Source: Candidatus Eiseniibacteriota bacterium | Lineage (GTDB): Bacteria; Eisenbacteria; RBG-16-71-46; CAZAMP01 | Direction of reading: 5' to 3' | Assembly (NCBI GenBank): GCA_965224245.1 | Contig: OZ245046.1 | Location: 4,960,001-5,024,000 of the forward strand | DNA length: 64,000 nucleotides | The notes under the pieces: model-generated | Databases searched by the model: none | Told to the model about the DNA's origin: nothing | The model's input: the letters and a program-made list of their open reading frames with translations, nothing else | Shown: positions 1-9,383 of the stretch, piece by piece | Position numbering within the stretch: the stretch's first letter is position 1 | How the letters are laid out: each line of letters opens with the position of its first letter | Program-made: the position numbers and the translations under genes

Positions 1-897
1 CTGGACGGCGAGGTCACGGATGCCGAGCGTCACGTCGCAGTAGTAGTAGTCGTCGTCGGGCGGGGCGAAGCGGACGACCACATCCCGATACTGGCCGGGG
101 CTCAACGTGTATGGACCCCCACCCGCCACGATGGAGAAGCCCGTGCATCCGGCGGCGAGGGCCACATTGCCGGAGATGGGATCGTCGCCGACCGACTGAA
201 TCCGGAACGACCGATCGACGGGCTCGTTCACGTAGACGCCGCCGTAGTGGATTGCGCTCTGATCCGGTACCGTGCGCGCTGTGCGTACGCGAAGCCGAAC
301 GGCGTTGATCCGCATCGTCGTGGTGTTGTCGTGTCGCTGGACGCCGATGTTCAGGTCGAAGAAGGGGTCGTCCGGATCGGCGTTCCAGTCCCACATCGAC
401 GTGAGATCGCTGAACGCCGCGGGGATGCGCCACCGGCAGATCGAGTTGTTCGTGAAGCTGTTCCCCGGATTCTGGACACCGATGACGGTCTCGCCCCAGC
501 GGATGCGGTTGTTGAAGCTGCCGCCGTCGGCCCCCGAGTAGCGGCCGTGCACGTTGAAGTGCACCCCGGTGATGACCTCGCCGTCCGCCAGCGAGAAATA
601 CGACCCGTCCAGGTGCCGGAAGTCCCCACAGAAGAGACGGCGCGTGCCGGACGCCACGGTGTTGTAGGCGGTCTCACCGTTCGAGCAAGGACAGTCCTGG
701 CAACCCGGGTCGAAGCCGTACGCACCCGCGTGGTTCTGCCACTGATCGAAGTTGTCGTCGTTGTCGAACGAGTAGAGCTCGTAGATGGCACCGGCAGTGC
801 CGGGCCACGTGAGAATGAGCAGCGCGAGCCAGAGAACCGGGACGAAAGGCGACAGATGCCGGAGACGCGACATGTGGCGGAAACCGAGTCGTGACAT
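1..897 (-). CDS. Secreted protein (3' end beyond window) with probable choice-of-anchor D/ASH-type Ig domain
   Basis: Absent from the ORF track because it has no stop in the window. Manual translation: ATG at 897 after AGGAGG, signal peptide (VLWLALLILTWPGTAGA|IY), open to base 1; includes HYGGVYVNEPVDRSFRIQSVG...YTLSPGQYRDVVVRFAP. Confidence 0.8.
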   Translation of the reverse strand, partial: MSRLGFRHMSRLRHLSPFVPVLWLALLILTWPGTAGAIYELYSFDNDDNFDQWQNHAGAYGFDPGCQDCPCSNGETAYNTVASGTRRLFCGDFRHLDGSYFSLADGEVITGVHFNVHGRYSGADGGSFNNRIRWGETVIGVQNPGNSFTNNSICRWRIPAAFSDLTSMWDWNADPDDPFFDLNIGVQRHDNTTTMRINAVRLRVRTARTVPDQSAIHYGGVYVNEPVDRSFRIQSVGDDPISGNVALAAGCTGFSIVAGGGPYTLSPGQYRDVVVRFAPPDDDYYYCDVTLGIRDLAVQ

Positions 898-991
898 GAT
901 CGATCCTCCTCGATGACGACCGTGAAATGACGCGATCCGATCGTGCGAGCGGGTCGAGCACGAGAACGGAGGCGCCCGCGTGACGTCTGGG

Positions 992-1019
992 AGGTCGGTC
1001 GGGAGGCGGCAGCGTTACG
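992..1019 (-). promoter_or_regulatory. Putative ECF-sigma promoter CGTAAC-N16-CGACCT
   Basis: Same motif and spacing as at 9205-9232; about 95 nt upstream of the ATG at 897. Confidence 0.55.
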
Positions 1020-1067
1020 TGCAGCCGCAATAAAAAGGGGAGCCCGACGGTGGATTCTCGGTGAGCG

Positions 1068-4046
1068 CTAGTCGGGGTCTCCGAGGTAGATCAGGCCGGC
1101 CCAGTGGTACGGATGGGGGTACGTGCTTGTTACGCTGCGTTTTGCGTCGGCGAGTGCGCTCAGCTTTCCCCCGAGGCCGGCGGCCGCGAGTCGTTCGTAG
1201 AAAGCATCCATGACCACGGCGGTCGCGGCGTCGTCGACGGGCCAGAGCGTGGCCACGACAGACGGCGCCCCGGCGTAGAAGAAGCCCCAGGCGACGGAGA
1301 CCTGACTGTCCCCGACCTCGACGCCACGCCTGGTGTCGCACGCGGAGAGCACCACGAGCTCGGTGTTGGCGAGGCGGCCGCCCCAGTCGCGAATGAGATC
1401 CTCGAGGGTCAGAAACCCGTCGTCGATCGCCGTGGGCACCTCGGGCGGCGTGAAGGCAAGGCAAGCGTCGTACGGCTGTGCGATGGAGCCGGCCAGACCG
1501 TGCATCGCCAGATGCAGAATGCGTGCGTTCGGCGCCATCGCGCGTGTGTTGGAGATCGTGGCGTCCTCTGCCAGAAGCAGCGACGTCGACCGATCGTGGC
1601 GTCGGAATGCACGGTCGATCTCGGTCGCCTCCCACCCCGACGCGGCGAGGTCCGGCATCCAGCCGCCGTCGCGGATGAACGCCTCCAGCGGGCTGCGTTC
1701 ATCATCGGTGGTCCCCCCACGTGAGGCCGCAAACAACGGCACGACCGAGCGCGCGTACCGGGGATCGGCGGCCATCAACAGATCGAGATCGGCTTCTTCA
1801 ACCCGAGCCCGGCGCCGGCGCTGCAGCTCGTCGTAGACCGCGATGGACTCCACGTACGCGACCGGCGGGCCGACGTCGACGAACCGGTCGCGCGTTCCCG
1901 GTACCCGAAGCACCTCCAGTGGTACGCCCGAGATCCTGCGATCGAGCGAGCACAGGACGCGCTTCGCGCGTGCGATCGTCGCCCACACATCCGGCGGAAA
2001 GTACGCTGACGCGAGATAGGACTGCAGGGAGTCCGAGGGCTCAATCGCGATCCCGGGCGGCTGCTCGATGAACTGGCGGACCTGTCGTACCGCCGGTCCC
2101 AGCTCGTGCCACGGCACCGTCGACTGCCAGTGGATCGGCTCCGGATCCGTGACGTCGACGAGGAACACCGAGAACCAGTAGGAGCGCACCGCATAGCTCA
2201 CATACACGTCGCCGGGTTGGAGTGTGGCGAGGATCTCGTCCCCGGTGAGCGGCGTCTCGGTCGGCCACGCGGCGCGATCGCGCGAGGCGAGCACGACCTC
2301 GAGGCTGTCACGCTCACCGCGGGCGGCCGACAAGCGCTGCTCGAGTGCGCGGAGCTCCGGCGAGCGCACGTCGGATCCCGATCGACGCCGGAGCTCGAGG
2401 TAGCGACGCTCGAGCGCCACCTCGGCTTCTCGTGCACGGCCGACGGCGGTGGCGAGATCGTGCTGCTGCGAGCCGGGCTCGGCACGCGTTCGGCGATCGC
2501 GGCGCAAGAGGTCCAAGAGTCCGAGCCCGCGGCCGGACTCCGTGATCGCGAGCCCCCGCACGGGATCTCCTTCCTTGGTCTCCAGCGCTCCCAGCTTCTC
2601 GGTGATGGCCTCGATCTCGGCATGGCGTCTGTAGGTCGCCCGCTGGCGCTCGTCGGCATGGTCGGCCGGCATGTTCCGGAAGGCGAACTCGAGAGCCTCC
2701 TCGAGGAGGGGGCGCAGCTCGCCCAGGGTGTCCGGCTCCTCGAGAGCGCAGGCGAGTCGAAACAGCGCCGCGGATCGATTCCACCCGGAGCGGCGTCCAC
2801 CGATCGCGTCGTCCCAGGCCAGCCATCGCCGGATCCAGTAGACCATGCTCTTTTTGTCGAGACGAGACGAGGCACGAGCGGCGAGGTCGTGATAGAGAAG
2901 TCCCCGCAGATTGGAGTCGAGTCGCGTGTGGGACTCGAATTCGCGAACCAGGTCCTCTACCTGTTCGTCCGGCTCGAGAACCGCGCACGAACGAATGGAG
3001 TCGAGCACGATGTGGCTGGAGGGACCGAGACACTCGACGCCGTCGCTCACAACCTCGCCGAACAACGTGACCGCCGCCTCCGGTGAGCCGCTGTTCGCGA
3101 GGTGCTGCGCCAGGCGATACTTCGCGGCGATCGTGGCATAGTGACGGGAGCCGAACGCGGAGTCCGCCCTCGCGACCGCGCGCTCGTAGAGCCCGAGCGC
3201 GTTCGCGCCGTCGCCCTTCATCGAGAGCACGTACGCCAGCCCGATCGTGCCCACGACAGCCGTCGTCACCGATCCGACCGTGTCGGCCGCCGCGATGCCA
3301 CGGCGCATGGCGATCTCGGCGGCGTCGAGGGCATTGCTGTAGACGTAGAATCGACTTCGTTCGAGCTGCACGAAGGCGCGGAAGCCCTCCGGGTCGGGCC
3401 GGTCCGCGACGAACGACCCCTCGAGGCGATCCAGGAGGACGCGAGCCGAGTCGAGCTTCGATGTCTCGAGCAATCGCGATACATCCGCCATGCGAGCCTC
3501 GATCGCGTCGGGGTGTCCATCCCCCAGCGAGGCCACGAGCGCGTCGATCGCTCTCCGGGCGAGCGGATACGCCGCCGCGGGCTCCTCGGACAGCGACAGC
3601 GCCGAGTAGGCGGCGAGGTACGCACGGCCGACCTCCGCGTCGACATCTCCCAGCCACCGCGCCTTCCACTCCGCGACCCTGAGGCTGCGGCGGTAGGCCT
3701 CCCCGGGATCGGCCCCGACGAGGTCCGGATCCCAGGTGATCGGCTCGGTCTCCAGCTGCGAGAGCTCGGTGCGAGCTTCCTCGGGCAGATCGCAGATCCG
3801 CGTCAGTCGGTCGACCAGCGCGCTCGCCTCACGGACGCGCCAGTCGGCCGCCCGCGATGCGCGTAGCGAGTCCAGCTCGGCGTGCGCGAGGGCCAGAGCG
3901 CTCTGGTAACGACCCGCCACGCGCTCCGACGCGATCGTGATCGGCGGGTCTCGGTCCGGCGCGCACGCGAGGAGCACCCCGACGGCCAGCCCGCTACCGA
4001 GGTACGACCACCTCGAAGAGATGCCGGACCGGATTCGAAGGTGCAT
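1068..4046 (-). CDS. TPR-CHAT (caspase-like, clan CD) protease, predicted lipoprotein
   Basis: N-terminal hydrophobic stretch with lipobox LLAC; helical TPR-like repeats; C-terminal CHAT motifs ILHLAMHG, LVVLSACDT, VVATLWPVDD, HPYHWAG. Confidence 0.9.
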   Translation of the reverse strand: MHLRIRSGISSRWSYLGSGLAVGVLLACAPDRDPPITIASERVAGRYQSALALAHAELDSLRASRAADWRVREASALVDRLTRICDLPEEARTELSQLETEPITWDPDLVGADPGEAYRRSLRVAEWKARWLGDVDAEVGRAYLAAYSALSLSEEPAAAYPLARRAIDALVASLGDGHPDAIEARMADVSRLLETSKLDSARVLLDRLEGSFVADRPDPEGFRAFVQLERSRFYVYSNALDAAEIAMRRGIAAADTVGSVTTAVVGTIGLAYVLSMKGDGANALGLYERAVARADSAFGSRHYATIAAKYRLAQHLANSGSPEAAVTLFGEVVSDGVECLGPSSHIVLDSIRSCAVLEPDEQVEDLVREFESHTRLDSNLRGLLYHDLAARASSRLDKKSMVYWIRRWLAWDDAIGGRRSGWNRSAALFRLACALEEPDTLGELRPLLEEALEFAFRNMPADHADERQRATYRRHAEIEAITEKLGALETKEGDPVRGLAITESGRGLGLLDLLRRDRRTRAEPGSQQHDLATAVGRAREAEVALERRYLELRRRSGSDVRSPELRALEQRLSAARGERDSLEVVLASRDRAAWPTETPLTGDEILATLQPGDVYVSYAVRSYWFSVFLVDVTDPEPIHWQSTVPWHELGPAVRQVRQFIEQPPGIAIEPSDSLQSYLASAYFPPDVWATIARAKRVLCSLDRRISGVPLEVLRVPGTRDRFVDVGPPVAYVESIAVYDELQRRRRARVEEADLDLLMAADPRYARSVVPLFAASRGGTTDDERSPLEAFIRDGGWMPDLAASGWEATEIDRAFRRHDRSTSLLLAEDATISNTRAMAPNARILHLAMHGLAGSIAQPYDACLAFTPPEVPTAIDDGFLTLEDLIRDWGGRLANTELVVLSACDTRRGVEVGDSQVSVAWGFFYAGAPSVVATLWPVDDAATAVVMDAFYERLAAAGLGGKLSALADAKRSVTSTYPHPYHWAGLIYLGDPD

Positions 4047-4773
4047 CGAGTGGGTCTCCGTTCCACAGAAGGACGGTGTACGGTCCCGGGATGAACGTGC
4101 TGTCGCTGGAGAACGTCACGTCGACCGATCGCGTCGAGCTGCGGCGAAGCACCGCGATCGTGGCGCCGTCGGGAGATGACAGGGCGATGCACATGGGCGC
4201 GTCCGCCACCAGCGGCGGAATGGTCGGTCGGACGGTCAGCTCGAGCTGCCGGGCGGACGGCTCGATCTCGACTCGCGGCGCAGTACCGCGTGTGCCCGTG
4301 AGATCGACGTGTGGGATCAGCTTCGGCGTCGGCCGCAGGAGCGGCACGATGAGCAGCGTGGCCGCGAGCGCCGTGGCGGCACCGGCCCAGGCGCCGAGCA
4401 CCCAGCGAAACCGAGAATCTCGAGATCGGTCTGGCCGAGCCGGGTGGCCGGCGGCTCGCGTGTCGTTCGCGGTCCCCAATCGCGCCTCGGCCCGACACGT
4501 GTCACATCGTGCGTAGTGGGCCCGCAGGAGCTGTTGCTCGGACTCGGAGAGCGCTGCGATCGAGTCGGGCCAGCCGACGACGTACCGCACCGGAATGTGA
4601 CCCGGCGACTCCCCGTCGAGCTCCGTCCCCACCATCGCGTCGTACACGAGCCGGTACTCGGGCTGCTCGAGCAGCGCGCGGAATCGGACGGCGTCTTCGT
4701 GCTCCAGGGTGCCGACCTCGAACGCGAGGACGTGCTCTCGGAACCACGCGAGCGTCTCGGTGCCGTCGCTCAT
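3994..4773 (-). CDS. Anti-sigma factor-like membrane protein (zf-HC2, one TM helix, extracytoplasmic domain)
   Basis: HYARCDTC zinc motif; TM helix WVLGAWAGAATALAATLLIVPLL; 4-bp overlap with the upstream sigma gene. Confidence 0.75.
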   Translation of the reverse strand: MSDGTETLAWFREHVLAFEVGTLEHEDAVRFRALLEQPEYRLVYDAMVGTELDGESPGHIPVRYVVGWPDSIAALSESEQQLLRAHYARCDTCRAEARLGTANDTRAAGHPARPDRSRDSRFRWVLGAWAGAATALAATLLIVPLLRPTPKLIPHVDLTGTRGTAPRVEIEPSARQLELTVRPTIPPLVADAPMCIALSSPDGATIAVLRRSSTRSVDVTFSSDSTFIPGPYTVLLWNGDPLDAPSNPVRHLFEVVVPR

Positions 4774-5303
4774 AGGAATCTCCGGAACCTCTCGAGGGTC
4801 GGCAGCCGGCCCTCGTCAATGGCTCGCTTCAGGCGACCCACGCAACGCATCCATCTCGCCCGGACGGCCCCCGGCTTCTCGTGCCCACTCCGCGCGACGG
4901 CCTCCCACGACTCGGACGAGAAGTAGGCGCGCGCGAGTGCCGCGCACGGCGGATGCTCCTCTTCGAAGAGCTCCACGACGAGCACGCGTATCAGCGAGAC
5001 GTCCTCGGGTGACATCGCATCGATGCTCTCCGTCGCCGCCGGATCGGGAGCGCCCGCCGTCGCATGCGGGACCTCGATCGCCGAGCGCCGATAGTGACGT
5101 CTGAGCCACGTGTCCAGCGCGCGCCTGACCACGACACGCGCGAGCGCGTCGAGGTTCTGGACCTTCTGAGACCGGGCGACACGCCAGAGACGCACCATGC
5201 CCTCCTGGGCGACCTCGGCCCGATCCGCGGCCTGCCGTCGGGGCATGAGGTCGTCGACCGCCCGCTGGCATGCGTCCCGAATGTCGCGCAGGTCCACGTC
5301 CAC
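4770..5303 (-). CDS. Divergent ECF sigma factor
   Basis: Region-2-like DRAEVAQEGMVRLW...VVRRALDTWLRR; region-4 HTH SWEAVARSGHEKPGAVRARWMRCVGRL; coupled to the anti-sigma gene. Confidence 0.75.
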   Translation of the reverse strand: MDVDLRDIRDACQRAVDDLMPRRQAADRAEVAQEGMVRLWRVARSQKVQNLDALARVVVRRALDTWLRRHYRRSAIEVPHATAGAPDPAATESIDAMSPEDVSLIRVLVVELFEEEHPPCAALARAYFSSESWEAVARSGHEKPGAVRARWMRCVGRLKRAIDEGRLPTLERFRRFL

Positions 5304-5420
5304 GTTTGTGATCTCGGAGTGTCATGGCCATCGTTCCCGGGACTACACGCGTGGCGGTCACGCGCGCGCCGCTCGGTCGGGGAACGATAGCCAATCGACA
5401 GGGAGACTCCCAACTCTTCC

Positions 5421-7436
5421 TCAGTGGCCATACGGATCCTCGGCGTGGTAGGGGTCCGCTGCATCGAGCTGCTCGACCGCGTCGGCGTCGCCGAGCCCAC
5501 CTATTCCATCCATCTCCTGGAGACAGTCGAGGGCCATGGCCAGCACGTTGCACCCCGAGCACGACAGCGTCTCCAGAACGGATGCGGCACCGTCCTCGGC
5601 GCCGGGTGGCACGGGCAGCACCGACGACCCCGACGCCATGAGCCCCATGAGCTCTTGCATGTACCCCATCGCATCTTCGACCGACCTGGCGAGGTAGTCG
5701 CATACGATGTCTCGGGCCTCGCCGCACGGACGGCACTCGGGATCGCGATCCTCCTCGAACGCCTCGAGGTAGTAGCCCCACGGACACTCGTCACAGGGAT
5801 CGACGACCGGGACACAGCCGAGCTCTGGATCCCAGTGTCCGCCGCAAAGCTCGACGCAGCTCCCATCGGCATCGCGGGCCATCCCCGGGCCGCAGTCGGG
5901 CTCGCAGCGACACGTCACGAAGTTCGGCCGTTCCCCAGGAGGGCATGTCTTCGCACAGCGATCGGTGCACTCCCCGGTGAGCGGGTTGAGTGCGCGTCCC
6001 GGGCACGGACCCGTGGCCACCGGCTCCTCCTCGCCGGACGTCGGGGTCTCGACGTCATCGGGAGGTGTGTTCTCCACGAGGTCGCTTCCACCCGGCCCGC
6101 CACCGGTCGGACCGCCGGCAACGGGGACACACTCGCCACGTCCGTGATCCGCAACGGTGCCCTCTGGACACTTGCAGGTGTCCTGGACGACCTCACTTCC
6201 GGCGAAGCAGTCACATGTCCGGGACCATTCGTCGAACGTCGCGTCGCCATCGCAGATGCACGTCTCGAGACCCGGATCGTACGATGCCGTGGCGGCTCCG
6301 CAGTTGCACTCCAAGGCCTTACGGTCGTGGACCAGTGCCTCGTTCTCGCACTGACACGTACCGGCGACCGTCCGAACGGCGCCGGGAGGACAATCACAGC
6401 GCGCCTCCACGTCGTTCCAGATCATGCCGCGTTGCTGACAGCGATTGAAGAAGCCACAGACGACGCCTTTCAGGCGTTGCTTCGCATCGAGTCCGGTGAA
6501 CAGCTCGTACACATCCGCCCATCCGAAGAGGGGGACACAGATGACGTCGCTTCCGGATAGCCTGAAGGTGCCGGCCAGGTCGCGAATGGACTCGAGCCGT
6601 TCGAGTCCGGCCTCGCCGACGTGGCACAGACCGCTGAGCATGAGCCTGGCCGCGGCAAGTGCGCGAAGAGCGCCGCCCGACAGATCCTCGTCCTCCACCG
6701 CGAGATCGATCAGCAGCTGCATGCGCTTGCAGGCGGCGTCGAGCGCCATCTTCATCTTGTCGGTTCCCGCGCCACTGAACCCGACGATGTCGCAGGCCCC
6801 TTCCATCGTCGTCCACAACAGCTCCAGGTCGGAAAGGCAGGGACCGGCGTCGGCCCAGTCGTCGGCGCGGGAGCGAAAGGTCGGCTCGTCGCGAAGTGGC
6901 GAGGTCTGGGTAACGGCATCGAACGCCGCGGTCGGACCACCGTAGTCGACACGCTCGGTCAGGCCGCGGGGGACGACGACGCTCTCGCGCACGATCGAGC
7001 CCGCCAGAGCGTCCACCGTGAACGATGCGTCGATCGGCGGATCCGTGCTCCAGAGACGGAGATCGATCGACGCCGCTTCCTCGCTCGCGGACCGGAAGAC
7101 GATCTCGTCTCGCGACGGTAGCGTCCACTCCACCGCGTCCTGATCGAACTCGACGCCGAAGGTGAGGTAGCCGTCGGGGCTCACCAGCGTGTATCCGGTC
7201 AGGTGGTCGATGTCCCCGCGGAGCCACAGGACCGAGCCGTCGGTGAGCGCGAGCGCAGCCACGACGTCCGGCGGACCGGAACGCGGATCCGCGAGCCCGA
7301 TGAGCGTCGTGCCCGTCGGCGGCAGCAGCTGGTCGAGCAGAACGTCCGGGGTCGAGCCCGCGCTCGCCCCCGAGGGGTGCCCGACAGCAACCAGGAGTGC
7401 CATCAGTCCGCCGAGGTGTGTGGTTCGCCGCCACAT
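5421..7436 (-). CDS. Secreted cysteine-rich protein with CxC/EGF-like repeats
   Basis: ATG at 7436 after GGAGG; signal peptide; tandem CxC repeats (CDC, CQC, CNC, CIC, CDC, CKC). Confidence 0.8.
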   Translation of the reverse strand: MWRRTTHLGGLMALLVAVGHPSGASAGSTPDVLLDQLLPPTGTTLIGLADPRSGPPDVVAALALTDGSVLWLRGDIDHLTGYTLVSPDGYLTFGVEFDQDAVEWTLPSRDEIVFRSASEEAASIDLRLWSTDPPIDASFTVDALAGSIVRESVVVPRGLTERVDYGGPTAAFDAVTQTSPLRDEPTFRSRADDWADAGPCLSDLELLWTTMEGACDIVGFSGAGTDKMKMALDAACKRMQLLIDLAVEDEDLSGGALRALAAARLMLSGLCHVGEAGLERLESIRDLAGTFRLSGSDVICVPLFGWADVYELFTGLDAKQRLKGVVCGFFNRCQQRGMIWNDVEARCDCPPGAVRTVAGTCQCENEALVHDRKALECNCGAATASYDPGLETCICDGDATFDEWSRTCDCFAGSEVVQDTCKCPEGTVADHGRGECVPVAGGPTGGGPGGSDLVENTPPDDVETPTSGEEEPVATGPCPGRALNPLTGECTDRCAKTCPPGERPNFVTCRCEPDCGPGMARDADGSCVELCGGHWDPELGCVPVVDPCDECPWGYYLEAFEEDRDPECRPCGEARDIVCDYLARSVEDAMGYMQELMGLMASGSSVLPVPPGAEDGAASVLETLSCSGCNVLAMALDCLQEMDGIGGLGDADAVEQLDAADPYHAEDPYGH

Positions 7437-7497
7437 GGGATCCTCCCGGAGTGAGGCGGAGCGAAGCGCCGGCGGCGGCACCTCGCCCCGCCGACGG

Positions 7498-8079
7498 TCA
7501 TGGGATGTCGAATGTGATGCCGCCCAGGACCGACGTGCCGCCGAGCCCCGCGGTCTGGTGGCGTATCTCGAGAAACCCGCTGACGCCCTCCGACACGGGG
7601 GCCTCGAGACCGGCCAGGAGATTCGCGCCGGTCTCGGTACCCTCCAGCCGCTTCGCGCCCGGCACCCCGGCCACGTCCGCGCCCAGCGAGGTCGTCACGG
7701 CACCGATGCCGCCGCCCACGTAGATGTCGGTGGTCCCATCGCGGGGAATGAAGTACCGCGCGTCGACATTCAGAGCGACCTCGCTGAAGTCGAACTCGAC
7801 GCCCTCCAGCTCGATCCCGTACAGGCTCCTCGTCGTCTGCTTCCAGTAGCTGATGCTCGGGTATATCGCCAGGTTCGGCACCAGCAAGTCGCCCATGTCC
7901 GCGTGCACGCCGAACCCCAACACGCTGTCGATACCGTCCTCCGACGGACTCGTGTACATCACACGACCTCCGATCCGATGGAGCCCGATCGGGATTGGCT
8001 CCTCTTTCTGGGCGAATGCATCCTCGGCGAGCAGTGTCGACGTGAGTGCGGTCAGAGCGATCGTCAACATCTTTCTCAT
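7498..8079 (-). CDS. Small outer-membrane beta-barrel protein
   Basis: Signal peptide, amphipathic strands (YVGGGIG, GFLEIRH), terminal GGITFDIP. Confidence 0.8.
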   Translation of the reverse strand: MRKMLTIALTALTSTLLAEDAFAQKEEPIPIGLHRIGGRVMYTSPSEDGIDSVLGFGVHADMGDLLVPNLAIYPSISYWKQTTRSLYGIELEGVEFDFSEVALNVDARYFIPRDGTTDIYVGGGIGAVTTSLGADVAGVPGAKRLEGTETGANLLAGLEAPVSEGVSGFLEIRHQTAGLGGTSVLGGITFDIP

Positions 8080-8108
8080 CGGTTCGATCTCCTCTCGTGT
8101 CGTTCGAG

Positions 8109-9158
8109 CTAGCTTCCGGACGGGATGACGGTCATGCCTTCTGCCACGGGACTCGAGACGTCGATCACACGCAGGAACGCGATCTTCTCCTCGACGTCCA
8201 CGACCTCGAGCGTGCCGATTGCATGGAGGTCCACGTAGAGCAGCTCACCGGTGTCGGGATCGGAGATCGTCTCGCTCTCACCGACGGTGAAGTGCTGACC
8301 GACCGAGACCCCTTCACGCAGTCCACGATTGATGATCACGCGCGTCGGCCTGTCGGCGGAGACGATCGTGCCTTCCCACTGGACGGCGTCGAGCTGCGCC
8401 TCGAGCGTTCGCACTGCATCTGCCAGGCAATCCAGCAGCGCGCTGCCGAGGTTGTCGTCGTCGAGACCTTCGTACCGGCCACCGCCGATGAGCGGAAGAT
8501 TCCGTACGCTCACCCGGTTCTGCTTCGCGACGCCGGTGACGTTCTCCGAGGCCGTGACGACTCCGGTCGTCGCGTCGATCATGTGGATCGTCATCGTGAT
8601 TCGCGAGGTACGTGACTTGAAGTCGAAGCGCGAGGCTGTGCCCGGGATGGAGATCCCCCCCAACGTGCTGCCTCCGGCGTCGATCGTGATCGTGGTGATG
8701 TGGGCACGCACCAGGAGCTGCGCCGGCGTGAGTCGACCGACCTCGGCTTGCTTCTTGCCACCGGCGACTCGACCGGAGACGCCGAAGTCCTGCTCGACCA
8801 AGGCGTCCCGCCGCGCGTCGATCCCGCCGATCGTGACAAATCGATCCGAAGCGTGTAGCTGACCGGTGAGGACCGCGGCCACCGCCGCGCTCAGATCGCC
8901 GTAGCGGGAGTGATCCCAGTAGTGCTCCCAACCGGTGGCGTGATTCCGGACCTCACTCACCATGACCGAATACCGGAGACCGCCTCCGGTGTCGTCTCGA
9001 ACCGAGCCGCCGTCGGTCTCCGACGACATGGTTCCATCACCCGCCGAGACGCCTGTCTTCGCGCGGATCCGATCACCGCGACCGGCATCCGCGCCGTCCG
9101 GGGCCACGAGTGCCAGACCGACGAGTGTGCCGACGACGGCGAACGCCCTGTTCCACAT
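8109..9158 (-). CDS. CsgG/HfaB-family protein with C-terminal FlgT-like domain
   Basis: Signal peptide; LVEQDFGVSGRV...VGRLTPAQLLVRAHIT, IDATTGVV; C-terminal VIINRGLREGVSVGQHFTV...ISDPDTGELL. Confidence 0.75.
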   Translation of the reverse strand: MWNRAFAVVGTLVGLALVAPDGADAGRGDRIRAKTGVSAGDGTMSSETDGGSVRDDTGGGLRYSVMVSEVRNHATGWEHYWDHSRYGDLSAAVAAVLTGQLHASDRFVTIGGIDARRDALVEQDFGVSGRVAGGKKQAEVGRLTPAQLLVRAHITTITIDAGGSTLGGISIPGTASRFDFKSRTSRITMTIHMIDATTGVVTASENVTGVAKQNRVSVRNLPLIGGGRYEGLDDDNLGSALLDCLADAVRTLEAQLDAVQWEGTIVSADRPTRVIINRGLREGVSVGQHFTVGESETISDPDTGELLYVDLHAIGTLEVVDVEEKIAFLRVIDVSSPVAEGMTVIPSGS

Positions 9159-9204
9159 GTCTGCTCCTTGGGTTCGAGTCCATCGGACGGTGCTCTCGTC
9201 GAGA

Positions 9205-9232
9205 ACGTCGACCGAGGCGGAGGAGTGTTACG
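9205..9232 (-). promoter_or_regulatory. Putative ECF-sigma promoter CGTAAC-N16-CGACGT
   Basis: Matches the motif at 992-1019; about 46 nt upstream of the CsgG-like start. Confidence 0.55.
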
Positions 9233-9383
9233 GGAGTTCCGCAGAAATGCCGGGAACTCGTGACGTGAGGCGGGGCTTACCTGTCAGGGACAAGGGCCCC
9301 AGGAGGCCACGGTGACGTGACGGGGGACGAGGTGCTGGTATGGACGTTCATCGGTGTCCGCCACGCGAGAACGGTGACCGGGG

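Noticed and set aside
1029-1060. Terminator after the CHAT gene (T-tract on the minus strand)
   Set aside because: Stem pairing is weak; cannot be called confidently
8109-9158. Curli biogenesis operon
   Set aside because: No CsgA/B repeat proteins or CsgE/F recognisable
1-9300. Type III-E CRISPR (Craspase) locus suggested by TPR-CHAT + sigma
   Set aside because: No repeat-spacer array or cas7-11/csx30/csx31-like genes seen in the window
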